The translations under genes and the position numbers were made by a program. From positions 28,544,503-28,608,502 of the forward strand of contig CM120640.1 of the NCBI GenBank assembly GCA_051362555.1: 64,000 nucleotides of DNA, in the 5' to 3' direction. Below the pieces are notes generated by a model. The model worked only from the letters and a program-made list of their open reading frames with translations, did no database searches and had not been told where the DNA came from. This DNA comes from Lingula anatina. Lineage: Eukaryota > Animalia > Brachiopoda. How positions within the stretch are numbered: the stretch's first letter is position 1; the number at the start of each line of letters is the position of its first letter. Shown here piece by piece: positions 39,901-50,437 of the stretch.

Positions 39901-42900
39901 CCATCTTCGTTACCTTCACTACAGTATCAAAAGTCAACAGCACTATACTCACAATGGTTAAAAAATAAAATCGGAAAAAAAATTATGATGATCGAGGCTT
40001 CTTAAAATGACTAGGAATAGACAATAGACAATGTATTTAGATCGTGGATGAATAAAGCAAAACTAATATTGTACATTAAAGGAATTCATTGTTGAGCGAG
40101 AAAAAATGATATTTGAATCTACCGGGGTAGTATGTTCATGTAGGTCTACTTAATAGTAACCCGATGTGTTTGCAAAATGTCAAAAATAAAGCGAAATTTT
40201 CTTACTCTGTTCCTCCTGGATGTCGGGAATTTTCCCACTTTCAATTGTCATGGTGATGCTCTCACGACTGGATCCGGCGTAATTCAAAGTGCCGGAGGAA
40301 TGATCGCCAGCTGTGACATAGGCTGAATCCTCATCCTGGAAGAGGTAATCATTTTTGCCACGGTCTGAAATAACCTAAGGAAAAAACGTAAATTGCATGC
40401 AACTAAATACGTCCCAGCAGAGACAGTAAGTATTGTATTGCTTTATTCGACTTGCCTTCACTATCAGTGAGTTGAAAAAGACATAAATTCACATGAATAT
40501 ACCACTTCCTTCTAACTGAATTTCCTCAACAGTACATTTTCAAATGATACATTTTCAAATAAAAACAACATCGTTAACGCAAACATAATGTGGCAAATTA
40601 ACATTAAAATCTTTTTAAAAGGTCTTACATAACACTTCTACACACCTTGTTATAAACACGGTTATTCTTCTGAATTACATCATCATTGTACCAATATGGA
40701 AATTCCTTGACTTTGAGAGGAAAAAAGCTAGCAGCCGAGTGTTGAAACTTGGAAAACTTTGGCACAGGGCGGATGAATGGAGATTCCACTAGGGCATCAA
40801 GCCACTCAGGCGGAGGAATCCTGAGCTTCACTTCGAGGATTGTGTACGGAAACAACCGATAATCTTGGTTCTTGATTATACCTTGAAATAAACATAATGT
40901 ACAGGTCAATGGTGTATTTTAATGAATTTCATTTGACCAGGAATTGGCATTACACCTATAAACTGATGGGCAGTAATGGAATGATAGTCACAGAAAGACT
41001 AATGATAGTTACAATATAAATAAGAGTAGTTGACCTAGTCACAATTTATCAAGAAATGAAAGGTTAAGTTCTAAACCAAGAACCGTTTCCAACCTTCTTC
41101 ATTGCGCTTCCACTCAGACTCGCATCTAAGACGATCCCCCTCGTCTATCATGGTTAAGTCAACATCGATAGTAATCCGTACGTCATTATTGTCTGGTAGC
41201 TGAAATGCCGTCCTCTTATACACTGTCCTCACTAGGGGCTGCAGGTTTTCTTTGGTTATTTGCCCCTGTATGTCACTAGCCAGTGCTTTCTTTGCTTCCC
41301 GTGGAATAGACTTTGACTCTCCTTAAACGAGAGGGCGGTGTTATTATTATCAATGCCGCAAAATAAATTAAATAAGAAAAAAGATGTTCATCAAAACAGC
41401 ATAACAAAATAGCAAGTAGTCTTCACATTAGTTCTGTTAGTACCGTATCTGTTTGAATTCGTGCCTAGTCTTGAAAAGAGAATCCACACATGGCAGTCTA
41501 CTCTTACCAAGCATATATCCTTTGACGTCATCCTCAGCCAATAGAAAACGTTCTTTAATGCTGTTCTCCCACACCCAGCTTTCATGATGTGTCTTCCTCT
41601 CCACAAACACCTCTGCACCGGGTGGGCCGTCTATTCTTGGACTCTAACAAGAAATACAAAATATTCCACAGGCTTAATTTAAACTTTGTCAAGTAGACAT
41701 TTAGATACAAATGAAAAAAATAACTTTTTCACATAAATGGCACATACAAAAGATATATATATTCAATTAAGTACTAGAAATACGATTGGGACTTACGTTT
41801 TTGCCATGCGGTAGATTGTACCATCGTAATCGAATCAAAAAGGCTCCTTCCTCAAGCTTCACCCGCCTGTGGTAGCAGGCCAAGCTAGGGTTGTCTAAAT
41901 ACACCGATGAGACCCATGTTGTAGATGGTGGAGTACTCTCTAACAGATTTTCGTCTGGAGATATTTTCTGTTTTGCCGGAAATTTGGTCCTGCAACATTT
42001 TATGAATGATCAACAAAAATATAAAAACAAAGCTCTGTGTCATGTCTGGTTGAAGCTGTTTAGTAATCCGCACAAGAAAGCGATCACAAGTTTAGCACTA
42101 CCAAACAGATTATTTAAAGTGGAAGCAATAACAATTAATTTTGATTTGCACTGTTTAGGATTAATTTACAGTTCATTTACAAGATGGCATTACAACAACA
42201 ACAACAACAATAACAATAATAATAATAATAATGCACTTATTGGAATACATGACCTACTTAATAAGCTAAATGGAATGTAACTATTGCCTGGAAGCTTTTA
42301 CGAGAATTCTAGATCAGTTTGCATTCGCTTATTCGTGGCCTGAAGATCATAGCGATCTTCTCTGAGATTTTCTCTTTAAAGAGATAGAGTCTCATCAAAT
42401 CTGATATCATAAAGTTCATTGGAATATTGTATCTGGCCTGATCATTAAGTCGTCTATTGTCAGGGTTACCCCTATTGTGCATGTAGGTAAACAAATATTT
42501 TAAGAAATTTATGAACGGTCCAGAGTCCATGGACTAACAAGTACCAAGTCACACAAAATAAAATTTAATTATTCAACAACTCTTTTTGTTATTCTGACTT
42601 CCAAGCATCTAAAGAAAAACCTCGTCGGTCTTCAATAAAAGTATGTCAAGGGCAAACGACGTCTCTCATCAAAAACCGCCAGAAAAATGCCATTGTATTT
42701 TTAACAGTTCCAGCCAATTTTTGTCTGAGATTGTCTTCGACTCTTTGACTAACACTAAATAACACTATATCCGGTTTACACGTGCGCAAACCACGTGGAG
42801 TGTAGTGTATTACCGATAAAAAGGATATATTATTTATTTATAATTTTCTACTCCCAAGTTTTCTGTAAACCCTTAGATTGGTGCTTCATGATAGGGTTTT

Positions 42901-44332
42901 CTATAACTCATATTTTTATACCCTTTCTCATAAGTGATAACAGACGCACCACAATTTAATAAATTATTGCTCGTTTTCCTTCCAATGCCTGGTTCACAAG
43001 CAAAGTTCATTTATGAGACACATTACTTGTACAATTTTCTCACAAAGAACTATATAAACTATATCACCCGTATACAGAAACATATCTACTAGTAACTGCA
43101 TAAAATTATTCCCCGCATAAACAACTATAAAAAAAAAGAACTCTTACGCAAAACCATTAATATATAGGGCTCGTATGAAAATTGGGTCAGTGATATTTGA
43201 CACACAACATTGTTGATATAAAACCCATCAGATCGCAAACGTCACCTCATACAGGGGCAGATTTAGGCCGTCTTCTGGGTCTTCTGTAAGACGGTCAGAT
43301 TTTTAAGTTAACATTGACGGGTATCTAATTTTTTCTGTCGGAAGACGGTCAAAAATGGAGGATGGATCAACAAAGATAATTTGGAAGACTGTCAGAAAAT
43401 ATCTCTGGATCTGCCCCTGTCATACTACACTTCTGTAAATGCATATGTTGCAGGCCAGATCAGAATCCAGTCCAGGGGCGGTATTCTCGAACGTTTTCGA
43501 CGTCGAAATTTTTTCGTCTTCGATTCGTTAAAAAATTCGTGAACGATTTCGATGAAAAAATTTTCGATAGCTTCCAGAATACCGATTTTTCGGATTCGAT
43601 TAGGATTCGATGAAAAATTCGTTTTCGATAGCTTCGAGAATACCGCCCCAGTTCTGAACTGACCTACAACAATCAAAGATAGCCAAAATCTCGCGACTTA
43701 GCGTAAAATCAGGCGTTTTTTTTTTGCGGGATGTGAAAGAGAGTGTGTCTAGAAATAATGACAGACTATAGTGAGTGCAGTGCAGCGACGAGTAAAAGGT
43801 GATAAAATTTATCCACGGATATTTTTTTGTGTTTTTTTCTGATTATTTTCTCTTTCTACGCGCTTTTCTTTTTTTTTTTTTAACGACATTCCCAATCCAC
43901 ACAGTTTCACCTTTAAGGGGGGAATGTAGGTTGGAGATTTTCTCTTTAAATAAAGGTCTTAGTTTTTTTTTTTTTTTTATTCCTGTCACATTCATTTAAT
44001 GTATCTTTGAAACATCTAATTATGCTTGAAACACATCTCCAACTTCATCGTGTGACTTGGATATTTGGGGACAAAAACACCATTTTTAGCCGTCTGATTT
44101 TCTCAGGCACCTGGACAGCTATAAATGCTTTTAATGGTATTATAACACTTGAACAAAGTACTACAAAAGTGAGACAGGGATTTTTCTTTAGAGACTTATT
44201 GATGATTTTATCTATAAAAAATGTGAAATAACATCAAAATATTAAGGAATTTTCACTTTCAAATTCAATAAATTGGAGAAGAGAGGATCAATCAAAATTT
44301 TTAAAAAGGCACTTGTAGCATGGAGATTTAAC

Positions 44333-44377
<45 letters not shown>

Positions 44378-47300
44378 TGTATTTATTTGCAACTTAAAAA
44401 GTTGGATTTTACAATAAAAATTAATAGTGGTGAAATGCACGATCTTAAAATAACCTTTTAAGTGTTAAAATGATGCGATACACATTAAAAGTTCATAAAA
44501 GCCTCAGTTCTTAAAATTTGATAAAGCCCATGGGATAAAAGTTTTGGATGATCGTACAGTCCTCAGTTTTGGCACAGTGTACTTATAAACCCGGTGCAAA
44601 GTGTTGGAACTTTCATTTATCTCTGGTAGCAAATGATGGATTTTGTGTCCTTCGGAGTACATGTTATGCAATAATGTTTTAGATAGTCCATCTCTTCTAC
44701 AAGCAAGAGTGATAAGTTTACACGTTTCAAGTGCCCCATCATAGGGCTGCTCTGGGAATATAATCTTACATGCTCTAATCTGGATGGATTCATTTTTATC
44801 AACTTGTTGTTGTGTGAGACCTGGTTGCCACACCTGACATGCATATTCTAATGTAGGTCTGACTACTGATGTGTAAAAGCTTACAAGTTCATTGGTTGGA
44901 ATACCCGCTCTTTTCAAAAGCTTAAGATTGTGTAGCCTTTTACTTGCTTTCTTTACAAATATCACAGATGTGACCTTCCCAGCTCATATCACTACTGATC
45001 CTAACCCCTAAGAAGACAGCAGACCCCACTTTCTCAATCCTTTGATTCTCTACTAGTAAGGGTGTAGTTTTGTGTCCATTTTTGGAGAAATCAAATATGA
45101 TCTCTTTGGTCTTGGTAGTATTTATTGTTAGTTTATTAGCAGAGAGTGAGTTCTGTTGTTGCATCAGGGAGATTGTCCTGCAGTTCGGTATTCCCGTAGC
45201 TTAGAATTGTGGTGTCATCTACATATTTGAATGTGTCACATTTGGTGCTCAGATCATTAATCATAATAACAAATAAAACTGGACCAAGTTTTGTGCCTTG
45301 TGGTACACCAGCATTAATGCATAGCCAGTCTGATTTCACACTACCTATCTTCACACTTTGTTTCCTCTCAGTTAGGAAGCTGTAAATCCAGTTTGAAATA
45401 ATTCCAGGGATACCTAATTCAGACAGTTTTTGGTTAAGCAGGGTGTGGTCTATTCTATCGAATCCTTTAGTATAATCGACCAAAAGCATTCTGGCATATT
45501 GTCCTAGAGTGTCAGTCTGCCTTGCAATAAGGTCTATAGCTTCGATCAGTGCGTATGTCGTACAGCTCCCTTTCATGCTGCCGAACTGCCTAAGGTCAAT
45601 CTTATTGGTCACAATGTCCCAAATCCATTTAACAATAAAACCCTCCAATAACTTAGAGAGCACATGGTAAGGGATATAAGAAAGGCATATACGGATTTTT
45701 AAAAAAGAATATTGGGTGTAAAAAAGAGCACTAGTGATAACTTAGTTTATTGTACATAATTTAGTATATTATGAAAAGCGGGAGATACCCACTTCCAATA
45801 AGTATGAAGCTACGATTTTTTAATATTGCTTTAAATCCCCTCTTCGAAAAATTGTAAATAGCGTGCTATAAAGATCTACTCAAGAAAAATTTTGCTTGGG
45901 TAATTTGAGTACGGATTAACTGGAGAAACTTGGCTTGTCATTAATTTTTCACGAAAATATGTCAGATAACTCTGTACTGTCCTTGACAGAGTAAAGATTG
46001 AAAGATAATTTCAGACAAACATTGACCGAGAAAATATCCACAAGGAGTAAAGGGCTATTGTACCAACATGTGGTTGAAAATTTTACACTGTAATTCTATT
46101 TAAATAAGCTAATTTCACATAAATGTAAGGAATTAATTGTCAAATTTTGACTTTCATCACATAATCTAGCTATAGAAACGGCAAGGTAAACAGGCACAAA
46201 TAAAAATTAAGAACCTGTAAACTATGTATTTTAGATGACATCGAGGATGAATTTCATTTTATTCTTTTAAGAATTTTAAAATGTTTTTGCTTCAGAACGA
46301 TTAGACAGAAATACATCAAAAATTTTATTAAACAAACAAAGTGTTTTCAAGCTAATTAAATTGTTATCCATTAACTACGTTTACAATTAAACTACTTATG
46401 AAAGTACTTAAAATGTTCTTAAAGCACTCTCCTGTCAAAAGACAATAGGTCGCGCCGTGCTTTATTTCGTGTAAAGTCACGTCATCCACGAATGCGTTCC
46501 ACGCACCAGTGCACAGGGTGCTTTAAGCCAGATAAAGCACTCGGCGCTGAGCTTTACGCGAAATAGAGCAGATAATTGTCTCGGCTTCGCCTCGCCAATT
46601 ATCTGCTCTATTTCGCGTAAAGTTCAGCGCCTCGTACTTTATCTATACCATCAGAGCTTGGACATGATGACGTTGTTATGTCCAAGATCAGAGCTAGGAT
46701 TAACGTCAGCCTGAAGAGTTTTTATCATAACTACTAGTAATTTTTTTTTTACTTTATATTTTTATTACATTTCATTCTGATGAGCCATAGGGCGCAAGGG
46801 TTTAATTAATTGAATTGAACTGAATTTCACAAATAACATGGACCTCGTATGGAATGATTAACAGTACTCTCAAGTCATTCGAATGCAGTGTTTTATACAA
46901 CTTGGGATAACCATAATTAAATGCTAGTTAAAGAATTGAATAGACTGGAATGGCTTTACACATGTTCACGAGGACTTAGACCCCTCGGGTAAGACCCCAT
47001 TTCCATAGATTTTAGATCGATCTATCCCTGTGGGGAGTGTCACTAGATTACTGTCAGCTTAGCCGGCTTAAGCGTCTGTCCCGCCTACTGAAAGCTGTAA
47101 GGGGGTAATTAACGATGGTGCGCGCTCGGCTGACTGCAATATTTAGCGTGAACCCCCAGGGAGTTAGGTCGATCTAAATCTTAATCCCTGGATCGATCTA
47201 AATCTCTGGGAATACACCCTAAGAGATTAGAATGAGTATGAACTTTTATCAGGAGTCAGAAAAGTCATCTTACAGGTGGACAATGCAGCTCAGTTAAATT

Positions 47301-48489
47301 TGACAGCTTAACATGCTGCTTGTCTCTCTCTCCTCGGGTGGCACGATTGTCGTCATCGGACCACGTGACCACGTAGCTCATTAACTCCCAGGCTGAGCAA
47401 AAAGGACGTTTTTTAAGCCAAAAATTTACAAAACGAGCTTTTAATTTGTGTATTTGGCTAACGATATCGTTAGTTGGGCATGTTCTCTGAAGAATATGTT
47501 CCGTTCAGGCCATTAGTTAGTTAGAGCCGTGTTTCAAGCATAATTAGATGTTTTAAAGATACGCATGTACATTAAATGAATGTGACAGGAATAAAAAAGC
47601 TAAGACCTTTAATTTAAGAGAAAATCTCCAACCTACCGGGTACATTCCCCCCTTAACAGCAATTTTAAGTCGTGTACAACAATAATTATTTTCGTAAACC
47701 TTGTGACAATTACATTATTTACAGAAAATCAGTAAATCAAAATGCTTTAAAAGATTATATAAATCAAATCTTTGAAGTTAACAAAAAAAAAACTTACCTT
47801 TTTTTGTCCTTGAACACATAAACTGGCAAGTGTTTTATCAAAGCTGCCTTGACAGCAAACGTATCTTCCGCCTTCACCCAATACTTCACGCTTTTCCTTT
47901 CAAACACATCACTTTCGCCATTTTCTTCCGAGTCTGAGCCCTTGGATCCCTCGCACTCTGCTTGGACACTTCTAATGGTACCGTAAACAGCGCTTACGTG
48001 AAACAGAAAGGCCTCTAGTTCGTTGAAGGCCCTCCCAAAAAACTGCTCGTGGTTCTGGGCAAAATACCAGTTGCTGACGACCCCGGTTAGCTTGTCGTGT
48101 TGTTCGACTATCATACGGAACCCCTCACCATTCAGCAAAGTGAATTTGGCCAATTCTTTAAGCTCTTCAACAAAATTGTCAGTGAGCTCAGTCAATCTCT
48201 GAATCGGCGAGAATCCGTTTTCGCGTTTACTCTTCGAGCTTTGACATTTTTGCTGTAAATCATCTTCTTGGTTCTGTAATCTCTGCAGTGTTATTCGAAG
48301 TTCCTTGATTTTGACGGAGATGAATTGTTTGGTTCTTCCTAACTCGTCAATGAGAATTTGGACAAATTCTCCTTCGCTGTCATTTCCACTGGATCGCTGT
48401 ATGAAACTTTTTAAAGTGTCGTACTGCAGACTTTGGTATCCGTGCTTGGATTCTAGACAAAAGCGGTTAAATTGTTCCTCGTATTTCAT
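36951..48489 (-). CDS. VTC4: VTC4-like polyphosphate polymerase (SPX - VTC catalytic domain - DUF202 3TM - C-terminal beta-propeller), 12 coding exons, ~973 aa
   Basis: Phase-compatible GT-AG exons: 48489-47798, 41989-41797, 41643-41508, 41321-41094, 40881-40646, 40374-40206, 39642-39467, 39207-39094, 38765-38588, 38359-38174, 37971-37816, 37408-36951 (2922 nt, no internal stop). Motifs colinear with yeast Vtc4: MKY..QYDTLK, LAKFTLLN.EGF...HDK, FERKSVKYWV, KHLPVYVF, SSVYLDN, IRLRWY, VFVERKTHHESW, SIKERF, PLVRTVYKRTAFQLP..DVRITID, FPYTILEVKL, PPEWL, PVPKFSKFQH, KVEPKTYFANERTFIQWL, YHDVIGPAVL. Confidence 0.93.
37435..37815. repeat. ~200-bp tandem duplication forming VTC4 intron 11
   Basis: Two diverged units (~37435-37635 and ~37638-37815) share blocks such as GAATGATTCAGAAAA, CAACTTTGAATAAACATT, AAGAGCCATTT and ATATTCAGTATCGAC. 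Confidence 0.8.
43252..43419. mobile_element. MITE (hAT5-like), copy 1
   Basis: TIRs CAGGGGCAGAT...ATCTGCCCCTG; 5-bp TSD TCATA; near-identical copy at 50103-50269. Confidence 0.85.
43476..43648. mobile_element. PIF/Harbinger-like MITE
   Basis: TIRs GGGCGGTATTCTCGAA...TTCGAGAATACCGCCC; 3-bp TSD CAG; interior rich in TTCG/TCGA. Confidence 0.8.
44333..45663 (-). mobile_element. 5'-truncated LINE (CR1/L2-group) reverse transcriptase remnant in VTC4 intron 1
   Basis: ORFs 45663-45136 (LLVDYTKGFD, GVPQGTKLGPVLF, YVDD), 45164-44940 and 44965-44504 (RPTLEYACQVW) are separated by two frameshifts. They are followed by a short 3'UTR, AATAAA and a (TTA)n tail at ~44333-44377. Confidence 0.9.
46419..46651. 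repeat. ~230-bp palindromic dispersed repeat (intact copy 2)
   Basis: Hairpin with ~50-bp arms (46530-46644) around the loop TCTCGGCTTCGCCTCGC, plus a short IR TTAAAGCAC/GTGCTTTAA. Inverted relative to copy 1. Confidence 0.85.
46993..47219. mobile_element. Degenerate MITE candidate
   Basis: Imperfect IRs TTCCATAGATTTTAGATCGATC / GATCGATCTAAATCTCTGGGAA with TAA on both flanks. Confidence 0.4.
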
Positions 48490-49975
48490 CGTACCTGATG
48501 GAAAATGTTGACATGCAATCCAATTTTTGGTGCGTTTAAACTAAAGCCCGTAGAATTCACTTATTTTTTAGTCTTAAAAAAACAGCTGGTGCATTTTCAT
48601 TCTATTTCCGACAAGAGACCAGAAAGGTTTTAGTCAGTACTTAGAGCGTAAGAAATGACCTAATTCTTGTTTATCTGTTTCTCAGATGATAATATAAATT
48701 TTGAAAAAATCCAATTAGTTTTTACTTCTATCTGCTGGTATCACTTAAGGTACACCTTCAACAAGCACAGCGCTAATGGGTCGAGGTGATGGTACCTCAC
48801 TTTTTACATACTAAGTCTGTACATCACGACTGAGATGCCAAGCATAGCGCAGCACACTCAAGCACACCCACTGACCTGGGTTTGGTGATAACCGTCTTCC
48901 CACCTGTATGTTCTTACCTAATACTACAGTTCGAACAGAAAACAACAGGCCGTACCGTCCCTTGTTCCGTGTAGAGTCAGGACACGCACCGCTAACGAGC
49001 TGTGGTTCGAGTCAGATAAACCACTTGTCGCGAGGCTTCAAGCGAAAAAGAGGACGTCATGCACTTCAATTGTAAATGAAAGATAAATAATATAAATAAC
49101 AAATTCGTCTCCCCTATTATCTCCTCTATGCCGCGTTAAGTTCCTCGCCTCACTCTTACTTTATCTATTACATAGGGTTTTAGTATTCGCCTTGACCCTC
49201 CCAAAACGGTTGATATTCAACAGTCAGACGTAACACTGTGATATCATATTTACTTGACTATGCACAACTTGGAAATCATTGGAATGAAAAATTTTGCAGG
49301 AATTGTGGGCGTTATTTGATAGTATCGCAAATTCACTAATCGAGTGAAAAAATTTAATCACATCATTCGGAGTTTTTTCTCAGTATTAGAATTGTACGAT
49401 TAACCTAGTTATCCAATTTGCATTAAAACGAATTTTAAGTACAAATATTTGATTTCAGGATAGCGAAACCAGCATTGTCTAATGTGGACATTAATATTTA
49501 TGAAATCAACATTATCTCAGGGTCGGTCTCTTTTTCTCTCTTGTGTTACCGTTGGTAGCAATTTATTGCCGCCATGCAGTCTATTCAACGTCTGTCTGTC
49601 CAGTTTCCTTTTCATTATTTTCTCTCTGCATCTTAGAAAAACCGAGGAAAATGTAAAACGCCATCTTGTCCGTTTTTTTTTTTTTTTTCTTGTTGGTTAC
49701 TCTGCCTTTAAATCACATTTACAATCACGGAAGAGAAAGCAAAATTAGAGACAAAAATCTCGGTAAAGTAATTAATTTAAGTAATTGAAAGCACACCTCT
49801 CTCCGATGACAGAAAAGGGAGAGCCGGTGACGATCCTAAAATCGTCGAGGTACTTAGGCCCCATTATTTCCATTTGGCTCGTTTGATCTCTTCCACAAAA
49901 AAAAAAAAAAAAAAAAAAAAAAATTCGAAACACCTGGGACAATTTCGTTAAAGCCGGTCCCAGGTCCGAGCGTTA

Positions 49976-50437
49976 TGTAACCGGAGTCCCTGTATCTAGT
50001 TTTAATGATCGACTGTTTAGATAGGATACAGTTATTTACGCTCACTAATAGTTTACGGCACGCAGGAATCCGTGTGATTCCCTATAAAAACTGGGCCTCT
50101 AACAGGGGCGGATTTAGGCCGTCTTCTGGGTCTTCCGGAAGACGGTCAGATTTCCAAGTTAACATTGATGGGTATCTAATTATTTCTGTCGGAAGACGGT
50201 CAAAAATGAAGGATGAATCAACAAAGATATTTTGGAAGACTGTCAGAAAATATCTTTGGGTCCCCCCTGTCTAAAGTAGAAAGAGGGAGACCCCGGGAGA
50301 TCGTCGTGACTGTCCCTGTCTGCGTGCCAGCCTGTAGTCCGTGTGGGAAGAATAAACATCTTCATGGACTGTAACTGAAGTTGTTCTGAGTTTTAAGCCG
50401 CCGTTCTCTTAAAAATAAGTAACCAACCAAGGTTACA
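49976..50437 (+). mobile_element. Probable solo LTR interrupted by a MITE
   Basis: Termini TGTAACC...GGTTACA; TATAAAA at ~50083 and AATAAA at 50351; ~290 bp once the MITE is removed. TSD not clean. Confidence 0.55.
50103..50269. mobile_element. MITE (hAT5-like), copy 2
   Basis: Near-identical to 43252-43419; 5-bp TSD TCTAA. Confidence 0.85.

Noticed and set aside
43476-43648. CRISPR-like appearance of TTCGA-rich repeats
   Set aside because: No constant repeat-spacer period; bounded by TIRs and a CAG TSD, so it is a MITE in a eukaryotic genome.
18473-48489. Functional operon-like link between the zinc chaperone ZNG1 and the polyP polymerase (polyP granules store zinc)
   Set aside because: Only adjacency supports it. 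CBWD's position is explained by the FoxD linkage, and no shared regulatory element was seen.
36951-48489. Fungal or algal contamination as the source of VTC4
   Set aside because: Continuous with animal genes, similar intron composition, and shares repeat families with the flanking DNA. Only an assembly chimera, testable with long reads, remains possible.
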